Assembly: GCF_009914755.1 (NCBI RefSeq)
Contig: NC_060927.1
DNA from: the human T2T-CHM13v2.0 reference genome, Homo sapiens
Length of the DNA stretch: 64,000 nucleotides
Reading direction: 5' to 3' (one strand)
Below are positions 41,671 to 57,554 of the stretch, piece by piece. The notes under the pieces were generated by a model. That model was not told the origin of the DNA, did no database searches, and was given only the letters and a program-made list of their open reading frames with translations. Position 1 is the stretch's first letter. Each line of letters opens with the position of its first letter. Both the position numbers and the translations under genes were made by a program.

Positions 41671-42947
41671 CATCGGGGCTTCCAAGATATGAATTTGTTT
41701 GGAAGATTCTGTCATAGAGCAATAAAATGTACTTTGGGTAAAAATCTGTGGATAGGGCATTGGTGAGGCTCTGAAGGATTTGATTTTGCACGGACTACTT
41801 CCAGCACCGAGAGTCCTGCTGCTGGGGTTTCTTAGTGCCTGCCATGTGCCCTGCACTGTTTGGCTCTGGCTGGGCCCCAGATGTGAGAACTTTCCCACAA
41901 GGAGCTCCCCATCCAGGAGGGAAGGGAGAGCATGCTGTCACTGAAAGATAAACTATCCAGTGCCAGGGAGTGTGGGGAGAGAGACAAGTGTGCTGCCTGG
42001 GGAGCTTACACGAAGGATGCATTCAATGAACCAGGAAATTTGTTTTTTAAATATTGGATTTGAACTGGGCTTTGAAGGCTATATGGCATTCCTTTAGGTT
42101 GTAGGAAGGTGGTATCGGGTCACCATACTGAGCTGTGTGGTGGGAAAAGCAGGTCGGACCCTAATGTGAGCCTTGAGTAATAAGGAATTGAAGAGTGAGC
42201 CTCCTGGGCTTCTTTTTAAAGTGAATAGGGTTCCGGTAAACTTTTTTTTTTTTTTTTTTTTAGGATAGTAGAGAAAGAGCAGGGGTACATTTTGTAATTC
42301 AGTAAGCATTTGCATTGAGGCCACTGTGACTGGAGCAAGCTGAGCCCACCTCTGTTAATGACTAAGAGTTAGCCTGAAGGAGATGTAGGTTGGGCAGGGC
42401 CTACCAGGAAGGGGGACTGGCTGGTGTAGGTAAAGGGGCAGTGCAGTGTCAGCACCTAGGTTTCGAAAGGCTCCAGATGCTGAGATGGTGACAGGGTCTT
42501 GGACGTAAGAAGAGAGAGCTATGAAACACAGGCACAGGTACAGTGTGAAATTTTGGAAATCCCTAAAAATGAAGCCAATGGGAGTGCTGCTGTGAACTGT
42601 GATACGTGTTTGCACCTGGCCACTGGCATATCTTCTATCTCTGTTTGCAGAGACGCCTTCTTTTTATACTTCTTTTGATGGTAGAGGAGGAAAGGACTTG
42701 AGTCTTAGAGCCAAGGAGGCCTGGTTTTGAAATTGTCCTCTGTTAATTTACAGCTCTGTGACCTCGAGAATGTTGTTTCTCCTCCCTGAGTTGCAGACTC
42801 TTCATCTGTGAAATCGGGGAGCGGGCGGGGTGGGGGGAATATTCTTACCCTGTAGGGCACAGGTTGCAGGGAAGGAGAGAATATCCACTGAGTCCAGTAA
42901 ATGCAAGTCAGGAACATTAATCTTCTTCACTCGCTCTTGTTTTATCC

Positions 42948-43156
42948 AGAGTAGATAACTCTGTTTTCCCCCTATATACCCCACAGTTTATAGAGTGGAT
43001 AACTCTCTTTTCCCCCTATATACCCCACAGTTTATAGAGTGGATAACTCTCTTTTCCCCCTATATACCCCACAGTTCATAGAGTGGATAATTCTCTTTTC
43101 CCTCTATATACCCCACAGTTTATTGCGTGGATAACTCTCTTTTCCCCTACATACCC
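42948..43156 (+). repeat. 44-bp minisatellite, ~4.75 copies
   Basis: Unit AGAGTGGATAACTCTCTTTTCCCCCTATATACCCCACAGTTTAT starting at 42948, 42992, 43036, 43080, 43124. Confidence 0.96.
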
Positions 43157-44144
43157 TGGCTGACTTTGTGCCTTTGCCCGTGTAATTTCTACCTTCCAGA
43201 AAGCTACTTTTTCTTCACATGTTTCAATCATTTCCATTTGTTTGGGTCAAGCCTCTGCATGGTTCCTTGGACACTCTCCCTAGGAATCCCAACGGGCAGC
43301 GGCTTCCCTTCTGTCGTTCTCTCATGGTGCGGGTAATTGTTGACCTAATGTTATGTTTTGTGTTTACACCCCTCTCACCTGTCAGCTGCCTGAGATCAAA
43401 GTTCTGATTCATGTCTCCCCTCTCTGCAGCACTCAGCATGAAGCCTGGCACATAGCGGGTGCCCATAAATGGGTCTTAAATGACTGAGAAAAAGAAGCGA
43501 TCAGGCTGACAACTGGCATTTCCCTGGCTTTAGAAACCTGAGAGAAGAAAAGCTGGTGTAGGAAAGGAGTGTCAGGCCTGCGGCTTCCTATTTCCTCATT
43601 CAGGGCACAGGTTGGGCTTGCCCGGAGCCATAGTTCTTGAGACTTAACCACCTCAGGCCTAAATCTGCCTTCTTTAATTACCTCCTTTCCAGGGAACAGG
43701 AGTCCTTGTTGTCTGCCCAGAGCTGCTAAATATAGCTCCAACCCCCAGGCCTTGGTGTGCTTCTGGGCCACAGTGCTGCACAGCCTGAGATGTCTGTTGA
43801 TTTTGGGGTTTCCTCAGGGATTCTTTACATTTTCAAGTTTTCATAAGGGACTGCTTCTTATTTTGAAGCCAGCAAAGAGACTTGAAGGGCACAGAGTGTT
43901 GAAAATTTTATAGGAGGATGCTAGGAGAGAGTTAAAGAGCTTGGGTAGAGAAGGGGAAAGAGAAGTTCTTAAAAGAGGGCTAGGTGGCTTAAAAAGACGA
44001 CCTTGTCATGCATTTAATGATCTTCAAAAGAGTGACATCTTGTAATGGTTTTCCCAGGAAAGCCCCTTCACATTTGACTTTTGTGACCTCTTGGTCCTGC
44101 TGTTGGCAGTTAATCCTTTCTAGCTTGAAATAATTTTTTTCTAA

Positions 44145-45700
44145 GTTTTTTTTTTTTAATTTAAAAGGTGCTATAATACAGGCTTACAGTAAAAATAAAA
44201 TAATGCGGAAGTGTTTACAATAAAACAGTAATTTCCTGTCCCATCTCTTCCCAAACCGGTTCCATTACCCATAGTCAACCACTTGTAACCATTTTTTGTT
44301 TTTGAGTTTTTTTGGTGGTTACTATCATATTTCTAAATAATATGCTTCTGTCTCATGCTTGAGTTACTAGTTTTAGATATGCCTATTAAACTTTATTTTA
44401 TGATAGGTAAGGACTATTTATTTATATCCAATTGGTCCTTCCCAGTTCTCTTCCCAAGTCTTGACAGTTACATTTCTACTTTTATTCTTTGTGGTTTCCT
44501 TTATGTTTACAGAATATGCATAAATCTCAGTCTTTTGCTATATGAACTTTTGACAGTTTCGCTTCACTCACTATTTTGTAAGATGAAGATATTAGAGTTT
44601 CCCTCCACTTTTCCTCTCCACATTTACCCTTCAACTTGTCAATAATGTTTTAGGTTACCTTTTGCATCTCGAGGGTTTATAATGGATACATGCATATAGG
44701 CACATGTATATATTAATGGTTTTATACGTATAGCTAAGTCATCTGTGCTCTGTGGTTTGATTGCAAAAGCTGAAAAAATAAATAATATTTACATTATGAT
44801 TTCTAGGTAAATATTGCTTAATACAGGGCTAAGTCATGTGCTGTGGTTTCATTTCCTTTTCTGGGGTTCTGAGGTCACCACCTTTAAGCCACTTATAGGA
44901 GACTGAACTTTCCCTTAGCATCAAAATCTAATAGATGATTGTAATTTTTTCTGTAGTTGTTCAGAGTCATTCTACATTTTGTTTATTTTATTTCTATAGT
45001 AAATAGATAATAAATAAGCTTCTTATTATAATTTCTTCTTATTTCTTAAAATTTTAGGCTGTATTTTGTTTTTGTTGAGAGAAAAAATTAGCATTTTCTA
45101 CCATATCTCTTATGTATTCTGTCGTTCTCTTGTCTGCTTGGAGTCTGTTCTGTGTGTCTTCTTCAAGTTCCAGCAACTTTTTCTCTTATTTTGGACTGGT
45201 TTCTCCATATCTGGGCTATAATTTCTTACGCAGTTTCCCCCTCTTCCCTCCCACAAAGTTTCTAATTGCTTCCTTTTATTTAAACCCCTGTGTTTTTATT
45301 ATGGTTTCAGATATTTCCAGGCTTTCATGGAGGCATTCTTCTGGAGCTCCTGAGTAATGTCATTATCTGTTAGTCATCATTATTAATATTCAGAAGCAGA
45401 TATGTTATTAAAATATTATTCACCAATTTTTTAATACCAGGCAGTTTTGTTTGCTCTTTCTTTTTTTTCTCTACTGAATATTCATAGACATTCTAGTTTA
45501 TTTTTTAATTCCTATATATTTAATAGCCACTCTCCTAGTCCACTGAGTGGATGTACTATTTTTAAAATTTAGCCATTTACATATTGTTGAATGGGAGTTA
45601 TTGCCAGTTATTTGCTCTTATAAATAATACTCTTTTGAACATTTTTATGCATAAAGCCTTTTCATTAAATTATTTTATATGAATTCTTCATAGGGGAAGA
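44145..45700 (-). mobile_element. Old L1ME/HAL1-type LINE remnants
   Basis: T-rich degenerate sequence with L1ME-like 3' motifs. Confidence 0.4.
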
Positions 45701-46638
45701 AAACTGGAAAGCCTGTGTCATCATCTTTGAGGACATATGCCAGTTGACTACAATGGTGCTAGGTTTTAGTGGGGATCACTTGGCATTTCTTACTTAAGAT
45801 CCTCTTTTTTCCTTTTGGAAAGGAGCAGTAAGAATTGGGAGGGGAGTACCACCTCTGAATCAGCACATTTAGTTTTCTTGGCAGCTTTTGGAAGATATAA
45901 TGTATTGGGACTTATTGCAAAGTTGGTACTGCCTAGTAATTCACTGAGTTATCACCCTCCTTAAAGGAGTCCCCAGGGGTCAGCCAACACTCCATGACTT
46001 AGGCCCATGATGCTCTTGTCACCTAAAATCTTTGTATAACAATTATTTGGCGAAGTGTTATTCAGCATGATCATCTCCAACTGGATCATCACCCTTATTC
46101 ACTGGAATTGTTTCTCGGTGACTTTGGGAAAAACCAGATTCATTCTTAAAACTCAAAGAGGAATTCCCATTGAGAATATGCTACAAGATCTACAACTGCT
46201 TCTACACGTGGTATATAAGGAAGGGTTTGAGGAATGGCAGGTTGTTAGAATGAATGGACTGCTGGGAAGAAATACATAGTGATGGGAAGCATGGTAATTG
46301 ATGTATTGAAGATGCTGCATCATTGTTGGTCACCCTGCACCATGGTATTACTATAAAACTTCATCAGGCTAGCAACATTTACTCTATGGTTATGGATGAA
46401 ATCTGCATCACATAATTACACAAAAATAGGATCCTTGTCTTTGAAAAGCTTAACAATTCATAGATGAACACTGATCATACTAAAAGAATATGTACCTGTT
46501 GCCCTATGGAAAAGACCTAAGCTTAATGACTCACAGTCTAATTATTTTGGTTAGTGGGTGATAATGTATTGGAGGTGATGATGAGACACATACATCCAAA
46601 ATCTCACAGCTTGGAGAGGATGTGGTCCAACAGTGCTA

Positions 46639-46958
<320 letters not shown>

Positions 46959-47610
46959 TGAGATGTGCGAGAGTGATAGGCAGGCCAGGGCCCTCTCTCA
47001 GGATATAATTGGGGCCACGCTGTGGTTTCTGATATTTGAGGAATTTGGAATTCTGATTTATTTTTGCCTAAGACACCTCATTCTCTGGAATACAAATTCC
47101 ACATCTATAAAATGATAGGGTTGTATCTGATGGCCTGGGCTTTGTAAACCCTTCTGTTCTGAGTTCCATAACTCTGTGATTCTGGGTTCTGTCCCAAGTC
47201 CAAGATGATTTGAAAAGAATAAAAAAAAAAGACCTTGCTGAATCAGTACCAGCGTCACCTGCTTCAGTCTGGCTGGGAAGTAGGTCAGAACTTGGCAGAC
47301 ACGAGAATGTGGTTGGCTCCAACTGTGAGCTCTGCCAGGGTCCTTTGTAGACACCTGCCTTAGAAAGGGTCTGTGAAAGAGGGGGGTGCTGACACTCGGA
47401 GGTGGGGAAGGGTTTATTTTTGGCTGTAGATGCTGCAAGCGAAGAGGGGTGATTGATGAGAGGAGGTATTGGGGGACAGGGAATGAAAGACTGAAAGAAG
47501 GAGAGGAGCAGGCACGTATTGGGTGCATAACTTGTGTGGAGAAATGGCCAATATTTTTTTTACTCCTCCCACACACACTGTAACGTAGGTGGTAGGTGTC
47601 ATTCTGTGGA

Positions 47611-47912
47611 TTTTTTTTTTTTTTTTTTGAGATGAAGTTTCGCTCTGTCACCCAGGCTGGAGTGCAGTGGCATGATCTTGACTCACTGTAACCTCTGCCT
47701 CCTGGGTTCAAGCAATTCTCCCTGCCTCAGCATCCCGAGTAGCTGGGATTATAGGCATGGGCCACCATGCCTGGCTAAGTTTTATATTTTTTTAGTAGAG
47801 ACGGGGTTTCACCGTGTTGGTCAGGCTGGTCTTGAACTCCTGACCTCATGTGATCCGCCCGCCTCGGCCTCCCAAAGTGCTGGGATTACAGGCCTGAGCC
47901 ACTGTGCCTGGC
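47611..47912 (-). mobile_element. Alu (AluS-type)
   Basis: TSD CATTCTKTGGATTTT. Confidence 0.96.
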
Positions 47913-48504
47913 CCATTCTTTGGATTTTAATTATGAGGAGATTGAGGCTTGGAGATGTTTAGGTACCTGTCCAGCTAGGCTGCTGGTAAGTGAGGGAGAA
48001 GGAGTCAATGTGGGGTCTGACTCCACGTCGCCTCTTCCTTTCACGCTCTAACTGTGCCATGCTCTGTTCTAGGCACTGGGGATATAGTGATGAAGGAGGC
48101 AGGCAAAGTCCATGGTCTCATAAGTGCTTGCATTCTAGGAGGCAAGACAGACAACAAAGTAAACAGGTGCATATTTCAGAGGGTGACAAGCGCTAAGCAG
48201 CAGAGTATGACAGCAGTAGAAGGCAGGAGTGACAGAGTTGCATGTTGTGTTTTTACATCCTAGTCCATAAGATTGTGCACTGAGATGAGCTGATCTGAGG
48301 AAACCAACAGCTCTAGAGTAAGATTCTTGAGGTTAGAATTTAGCCCCGGCCATAATGTGAACCAACTGTGAAAGTTGAGCAAGTCACCTCCCCATCATTG
48401 TTAAAATGAAGGAAAATAATCCCTGTTCTTCTTATTTCACTAGATGATGAAAGAAGATGAAGTGAATAAGTTTGATGTGCCACCATTTTTAAAACTCTGG
48501 TTGG

Positions 48505-48822
<318 letters not shown>

Positions 48823-50834
48823 TTAAAAATACAAGGAGCTGTTTTTAACAGTTTGGTTAACTTTTAAAGGATACCTTCTTATATTTATTTGCTACGCTTT
48901 GTGTGCTTGGAGGAAACAACTGTTTCTTTGGTTATTTCCTTATTCTTAGAATGAAGACCTCCTTTGCCATCTTCAGGAGAGTTTGGATTTGATTTGTGGG
49001 CATCAGAGGACCATTAAAGGTGTGGAGCCAAGAGCTGGCCTTTAGGTTTTGCCACTGGAAGTGGGTGAGGATGGAATGGAGGGGCAGCAGCCAGTGGTCA
49101 GAGAGATGGCTTGGGTAACTGTGGAAACTGGAATCAAATTCAGTCTGACCCCACAGTTTGATTCAACACAGCAGTCAGGTCAGCCAGTGAGCAAACACTC
49201 ACTGAAGGTCCACTGTGAGCCAGGTGGTGGCTGAGGAGGGGAGGCATAGGAGACATTGAATCAACTCAGCCGTTGCTACGAGCTCACTGTAGCTGAGTGT
49301 TCTGGATGCTGGGGAGTCATGTGCTTCCGGACCTCAAGGAGCATCTTTTCCAGCAGTTAATATCTGTTCTGTTCCCAAAAGCATATAAATCAATGTTGAT
49401 TTTAGTAGGCAAGTTATCCATGCAGACAGAGAGACGATATTTAAATATGTATAACACTGTATTGAAATAACTCTAGGTCTGCCAGAGGGGAACTTTAGTT
49501 GCTGGATCTTGAGGAGGTTTGAGGGTTCCTAGGGGGGGATTGGGAAAATTGGGATGGTGTTAGGACAACTAGGAGCCTCAAAACATAAACTATTTGGCAA
49601 TGAGTAAGGGAATATTTAAATATTTTAGCAACCTGTGTTGCTATATCTCTGTGTACTGATGAATGTCAGTTTCTCATGTGGTTATACCACTATCTTATAG
49701 CATCCTCAATGTAGTACTTGATGTGCACACAAGGCACAGAGGAGGTAGCGATTAGAAAGGCTTCATGGGGTTGGTGACGCTTGAGTTGGGTTTTGTAAGA
49801 TGAATAGGAGTTTGGTAAAGAACTTTCTAGGAAGAAGAGAGATCATGGGCAAGAACACCAGTGTGTGAAACAGCACAGGACTTGACTGGACAGTTGAGGG
49901 GTTCAGGTCTAAGGGATTTTGTGCTCAGGTAATTGTGAGCACAGTCGTCCTGTTAACAGCAGGGAAGAAAGGAGAAAGAGCAGCACATCCATTTAATCTC
50001 TCCCACAGGGTAGGGGAAATATCAAGATGAGACCATTTTTATTTTTATTTTAAATAATAGCTATCACATGCCAGGTGTTAGGCAGTTAGCAAACATTGTT
50101 TCTAATCTGACAGTAACTCCATGAAGTAGGAATTTTCATTCTTCACTCATTCTACAGGTTAAGAAATCAACTCAGCATATTTAAGTGACTTGCACAAAGT
50201 CACACAATGGCAAGAACAGGGTTTGATCTCAGTCTCATCTGACTACAAAGTCTGAACGTTCCGCTTTTCCACTGTATGGCCTCTCTCTCCTGGGAATTTG
50301 CAGTGAGTGACATCCATGAGAAACAGGGCCCTATTCTTGCCTAGAAATGTAAGTTGTGACAAAAACTGGAGGTGTCCGTATCCTGTTCTGCAAAACGAGG
50401 ACAAGAGTTCTTGCTCCAGGCGTCGGCAGTGCTCCGGAAAGACGAGGCCTCAGATGTACTGCTTTCCAATACCTTCAGCAAGACCATTCTCAGGGAGATG
50501 TTTCTCTCCATCTTTCCTTGCTGCCCCTGAGACTTTGACTTGACTTTTTACTCCTGTGAAACAACCTCCTGATGGTGATAGAAAGAATAGGCTGACCACA
50601 TGGACATTTTGTTTATGCTGTTGTGACAGGGCTTTCTTAGAGTAAATCAATAACATGTTCCTGGTTGAGATTTGGCCTGTCCTATAACTTGACTTTAGGG
50701 AGAGAATGTGCTGATTATGCTGAAGATAGCGTGTTGGTTTGTGTGTCTTTCATGTTTATTACTGTACAAGAAGAAGTTGGCGTTCTGGTACCTCCCCTCC
50801 CTCAACCATTACAACAAGGAAAACAAAATCCACT

Positions 50835-51075
50835 GAGAGGCAGCATAGCATGGCGATGAAGAACATGGACTGTGAGCTAGATTGCCTAGATTCAGTTCCC
50901 AGCTCTGTCGCTGTCTAGATCTGTGTCTGTGTCTCGGTTTCCTTACCTGTAAAACGGGAATGATGATAATTGTAGCTACTGTACAAGGTTATTGGAAAGG
51001 TTAAATGAGTTCATATTTCTAAAGTATGTAAAAAATTGCCTGGCATACAACAAGTGCCATGTAAGTGTTTGTTAA
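50835..51075 (+). mobile_element. MIR
   Basis: gaggcagcatagcatgg...tctcggtttccttacctgtaaaacgggaatgatgata...ggttaaatgagtt. Confidence 0.8.
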
Positions 51076-52529
51076 GTGAGGACAACAACAAAATTTTATA
51101 AACTTGCCCTGCTTTCCACTGTTCCTTACAGGACATGATATTTGCACAAGTCTGACCTCTGTTGTGTGTGGTCAGGCACTGAAGGGTGACATGTTCACAT
51201 GTGTGGTCTGGTGGACACTAGTTTTGATGACTGCTTTGCCATAAGAACTTCGCTGGCTATGGGAAAATGTGTGGTTGAGAAATAGCAAGTAGAAGGTTCT
51301 TTTTTTTTTTCTGCTAGTAGGATAGAGTTTGGGTTAAATGGCATTTGCAGCTGAGTTTATCCATTTTTAAATTTTTCCTGGAGTTACACTGTGCAGCCTA
51401 TGCATCAATGGTTTTATCTGGCTCGATTAGTCAGTGGATAGTTTTTAATTTGACTTAAAAAATTGGGGGTCACATAAAGGGAACCAGCAAAAGATTTGGA
51501 TTCTGATGAACAAGGTTTAAGGCTCAGCTCTGCCACTGACATGCTGTGTTACATGGGCAAGTCCCCACTCACCATCTTTGGTCCTTTATGTACTCTTCTG
51601 GTTCTCATTGTTTCTTCCCTGAAAAAATCAGGGTGCTGAATGGTCAGGTGAGCTCCCTATTCTCTGTTGGTGAGTGGCCCTCATTCCTGGTCAGTTAGCC
51701 ATGGGCTATTGAGGGAAGATGTTTTATGAAGTGTATTGATGGTAAATTTAGACAGCAAAAGAATCCAATTGATCATCTTAATTTTTTCCTCTGTACTTCG
51801 TAATTGTGCCGATAAGAAGTCCTCATTTCAGCTTTACACCTTTTCTAATTTCCCAGATATTTCTGTGTATCACCAGAAGGCAGAATGGATCCAAATAGTT
51901 ATTACCACTCAGCTCTTAGAAGTTGTTTGGGCTGGAGAAATGTTTTCATTATTAGGACACTTTCTGGGTCCTCTCTCTAGAGAGGCAACTGAGCCTCAAC
52001 CATACCATCTCCCAGGCTCACTCCGTCCTGCCCAATCTGTTTACATCTCTACTTTGGAGGCAAGCTCTATCCAGTTCTACTAACCTCAGTGCGATGACTC
52101 AGGGAAAACCTAGTTTCTTTTTCCTAGGAAAATCAGGTTGACCACAACTTCTGTAGTTCTTGAGGGAAGAAGGGAAGTATAATGATGTTGGAAGTCAAAA
52201 TATTGACATTAAGATAGCCAAGTGGAGTTTTATTATGTATGTATGCATGTAGACATGATTGAAATGTATATTACAAGCTCATATGACATACCTTTATAAT
52301 AGAGAGGTACCTGTGGATTCTACCTTACTTTTGTTAGTGTTTTCACTGTTTCATGTGAGTTTTACAATGAACCTGTGAGATTTGCAGAGTTAAGAGTTAT
52401 ATACCCGTCTATGGTAGAAAACACAGGTTCATTCAGAGGAGTAAAGTGGCTTGCTTGAGATCTGTGTCAGTGGTAGTCTTCTGACTAGTGTTTCACAGAG
52501 TTGTTTTGACCTAAGAAAGTTAGAGCCTG

Positions 52530-52894
<365 letters not shown>

Positions 52895-53132
52895 TTACGC
52901 CGTTAATATTAAGTTATACCAAGGATCTACTCATAATATAACCCAAGACTAGAAACTTAAAGTACTGTATAGTTGATAAAGAGAACGAAGCCGTAGAGAG
53001 TTTACTGAATTTCTCAATGAAGTGGCAAGCATCTATCCATCCTTCCATTCATTTTGTCATATTATTAGAAAAAAATACACAGCATGCCAGCTGCCATGTT
53101 GAGCCTTGATTCATCAAAGTTAAATTAGAATG

Positions 53133-53411
53133 ACATATGGCAGTTTAGCATTTAAAATGTGGCTAGTTCGAACTGAGATGTGCCGTTAAGTATAACACAC
53201 CAGATTTCAAAGGCTTAGTATAAAAAGTAATGTAAAATATCTTATTAATAAATTATATGATGTTCATTACTTCTTGGAATGATAATATTTTGGATATATT
53301 GGGTTAAATTAAAATGCATTTCTCCTATGATTTCCTGCTTTTTAAAAATGTGGCTGCAGGAAATTAACAATTTCATATGTGGCTTGCATCTTATTCCTTT
53401 TGGACAGCACT
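53133..53411 (-). mobile_element. MER33 (hAT-Charlie)
   Basis: aatgtggctagttcgaactgagatgtg...gataatattttggatatattgggttaaat...ttggacagcact matches the reverse MER33 consensus. Confidence 0.85.
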
Positions 53412-53599
53412 ATTCTAGCTTGTGTCTAGTAGAGGAAGTAAGATTTATACGGACATGCTTTTCTGAGAGCGTGGCATCTCGCTTCTTTACTCCTCTGCCT
53501 TTATATTTGTCTCTACTGCCTCACCTTCTTTTGGCTTCTTAACCCATTCTGGTCGGATGGAAGTTGTTCTTGTCCGGGTCTAGAGGGCTCAGATGCATT

Positions 53600-54645
53600 C
53601 CTTTTTAGCAGTGCTCTTATTTGGCATTGGTGGTGCTGTTTCTGTTGACCACTCCCAGTGTCTCTGGATGTTTTGTTATTCCTTTACCTCCCTAGCCTCT
53701 CCTTGGGGTTTCTTTGCAGGCTCTTGCTCTCTCTTGTATCCCATAAATACAAGCATTGCAGAGCTTTGTCTCATGACTGCTAGGTGTTTATCTCCAGTTT
53801 GGAACTCCTGAACTTCAGGCCCACACTCCTACATGCCTTTTGGACACTCCAGTTGGAAATCCCAAAGTTGCATGGGGCTCACCGTGTCTTTTGGCATTGT
53901 TAGCTTGGTGAGTGACATCGCCCAATCCTGGAAACTGGGACTCATTCCGGATGGCTCCTCTCTGTCCTTCACTCTTGCCTCTGACTGTCCTCAGTCTTAC
54001 AGAGTCAACCACGGTAACACGTCCTGCCCACTTCCCTCCTCCCTCTACCTTTGGAGCCTGTCCTCCATTCAGGCCCTCAGCATCTCTCTCCTGGAGTGCT
54101 TCAGCAGTCTCAGCTGGCCTTCTTTTTCTATTCTTACCCTCATCCATCCTATTCTCTCTTTTCTTCCTGAGTGATATTCCAAAAATGCAAATCTGTTCAT
54201 GCTATGTCCCTGTTTTTAAAATCCTTCAATGCTTTCCTCATTCAGGGCAAATTAAGAATCCTTTGCATGAATTAAGGGACAGGAATGGAAAGAGGCAGGA
54301 AGTGGTTTGACCCCTGCCTCTTTCTGTCCTCATCTCACTAATCTCCAAGATGATCTTGTGCTCTAGGAATATACCTGGGATTCTCTGTAGCTCCCGTGAC
54401 CTCACACATAGTGTTCCCTTGTCTGAAACACCATTGCCCACTCTATCAGTCCTTTCAAGATTTTGCTCTGATACCACCTCTGCCTGGAATACTCCTCTGA
54501 CTGTTATTGTCTCTGCTTCCTCCATTTTAGGCCATTTGTTGAACTGGGCTGCATTTCCTTGAGAGCAATGGTAATTCTTTATATTTCTGTATCTTCAAAT
54601 CAAAAATAGGTGTGCAAGTGATATTTGTTGAGCAAATAAATGCCA
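53600..54645 (+). mobile_element. L2 LINE 3' ~1 kb fragment
   Basis: Pyrimidine-rich L2 body ending gatatttgttgagcaaataaat. Confidence 0.7.
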
Positions 54646-56437
54646 AATAATAAATTGTATAGATAAGACATTGTGGGAGTTGAGATAAAAATTCTAGCCA
54701 GGTAGGGATGGGAGCATGGAGGGTTCAAGGAATGGTGACATTTAAGATTGGCCTTCAATTTGGGTAGTATTGGGTGGGACAGTGCAGAGGAGACCCCTAT
54801 AGTCATGGTTATTGTGCCATGTTCAGCAGGACTGAAGGATATTGAATAGGCCCATTCCCTGCTCAATACCATCACCACCAGAGTAGAATAAGGATGGTAA
54901 TCTCAGGAGTCCCTTTGGGCTAGTGTCTATCATTTTCTCCTGAGCTGGGTTATATAACTCGGCAGAGCTTTATTGCCCCAGTACACAGCTGGCATGGCAG
55001 GCAGGCACTCCGATCCTTGCTTGTGAGCTGCCTTGGAGGAAGCGAGTGCAGAATGGTTGCCTGCGTTTTCATCTTTACTTCTCCTTCACAGCCGCCTTTC
55101 TGTATAGCATAGAGGTGACCTCAGCACCAGAGACAGGAAAGAACACAATGAGTCATCTCAGGCCCTAATGAGGTGCATAAGGGACCCTACTTAAGAGTGA
55201 GGGTCAGGTGAGGTCATGCTATGCCTGGGGTGAGTTTTGCCTCGGGGCTCCAGGCGGCACTGGAGCAGAGCTGAGCTAATTTTACCCACAGGAGCTGACT
55301 GTGCTGAAGGGCAGGGCTTATGACATTGGCCTTATCATCCTGTGATACCCAGAAAGCTCCCAAGGTGCAACCCCGTTATGTCTGGGCTGTTTTCCCCTCT
55401 TCTAGTTAAATACATTTTTCCATTAGGCGTGCATATCGAAAAGCAGGATGCTGAGGTGCAAAGAGCTTTGGATTTGGGTGGAAGGCCACGGAGTTGGATT
55501 TGGATCTCGCCCCTACCTTTGACCTTGCACAAGTTACATAATTCGAGTCTCAGTTTCCTCATTTGTAAAACCTCATTCGTATACCTGTGTCCTAAGATTG
55601 CTTCTAGGTTTACACACTTGGTGAAACGTAGCAAGCGATTGCTATGTGCCAGTCACTGTTCTAGCTGCTTTATTCATATTGTTTCACTTAATCCTCTAAA
55701 GAAACCTATGAGGATGGTGTTATTGTTATCCCTGTTTATAAATAGGGAAACAAATGCACAAGGAGCTTAGATAAGTTGCCCCAGGCCACCAGCCAGTGAC
55801 AGAGCTGAATTCAGGCCAGTGGCTCCAGGCACCACACTCCTAAACAATATACCTTATTGTTTTGAAATGATAGAAACTTTCCTTGCTATATAGCACAGGC
55901 TTAATGTTTTCTAACTACCTGCTGTGTATAAGGGCCTGGGCTTGATGCTGGGTAAGAGAGCAGCATAGCTGTTGTGCTGTTCTGTAGACTTGAATCACAT
56001 TTGTAGATGGAAGCCCTTGGTCAGCTGAAGGGTATGGTGGATAGACTTTGGTATCTGACATTGTAGGCACTGGGTGGAGTGCTCCTCACACGACCTCTCA
56101 TCTCATCCTCATAACTTCTTCAATAGTCAGGCATTGGCATGCCCATTTTACAGATGAGGTAATAGAGAGGTAGCATCACCTCCTCACATTTACTTGGTAG
56201 ACAGAGCGACTGGGGCTGTTGGGTCCCATGTTTATGTTGATTCATTTGCATTCCCCATGAACTGTGCAGTGTCTCAGAGCTATTATTGTTGCAGAACTCA
56301 CCCCTGCCCTTCTGCCCACCACTGACAACCCTAGAGAAACTGGTGTCCATGAAAAACGTGGGTCACCAGATGAGAAAGTCACATCTGCATGGTCAGAGCA
56401 GGCACCAGGTGAAGGTAAAAGAAAGGGCTGGGCTTTG

Positions 56438-56973
56438 TTCCAATTGTTTATTACTGTGTAGCAAATTACCCCCAAACTCAGTGGTATACAACAATCGTTT
56501 AGTATGCTCATGGATTATGTGGATCAGGAACTTGGACAGAGCAAAGGGGGAATGACGCTTCTGTGCTCCACAATGCCTGGGATCTCAGCTGGAAGACTCG
56601 AAGGCTGGGTGCTAGAGGGATATGGTTGCTCACTCACTCACATGACATCTGAGACGTTAACCAGGCCTGTTGGTCAGAATATCTACATGTGGTCTTTCCA
56701 TGTGGCCTGGACTTCCTCACAGCCTGGTGGCTGCTTCCAAAGGGCAAGCCTTGAGAGGAAGGGAGAGAGGGAGAAAGAGAGCGAGTGAGCATTAGCAGGT
56801 GCAGGAAGAAGCTGTAGATGCATCATCTCGCTATACTTTATTGGTCGGAGTAGTCCCCAACTCGCTTAGATTCAAGGGGAGAGGCAATAGACTTTACATC
56901 TTGGTGGGGTGGCCAAGTTCTGGAAGAGCATGTGGGACGGAAAATTTGCTGGAGCCTTTGTTGGAAAATACAA
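56438..56973 (-). mobile_element. MLT1-family (MaLR) LTR
   Basis: ctgtgtagcaaattacccccaaactcagtgg...tgggatctcagctggaagactc...cttcctcacagcctggtggctg...gattcaagggga. Confidence 0.8.
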
Positions 56974-57211
56974 CGGAGGCTCCTTTTGGCCAAAAAGGAG
57001 GAACAGACGTCTCTGTGGAGCTGCACGGAGGTAGAGCCACAGGGTATGCAGCAGGCGCACCTGTATGGTGCTGAGTATTCACTGGCAAATCAGGAAAACA
57101 AAGGTCAAGCCAGGAATCCTAAGGAAAGGATCAGTAGTTACGCTATAACCATGCTTCATTGTATATGAATTAGCGTTTATATTGTCCATAAACTAGTTTG
57201 TGTAACTCTGA

Positions 57212-57554
<343 letters not shown>

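Noticed and set aside
42948-43156. CRISPR-like array or bacterial DnaA-box iterons (AGTGGATAA)
   Set aside because: Head-to-tail tandem units with no unique spacers and no cas or rep genes, in primate DNA.
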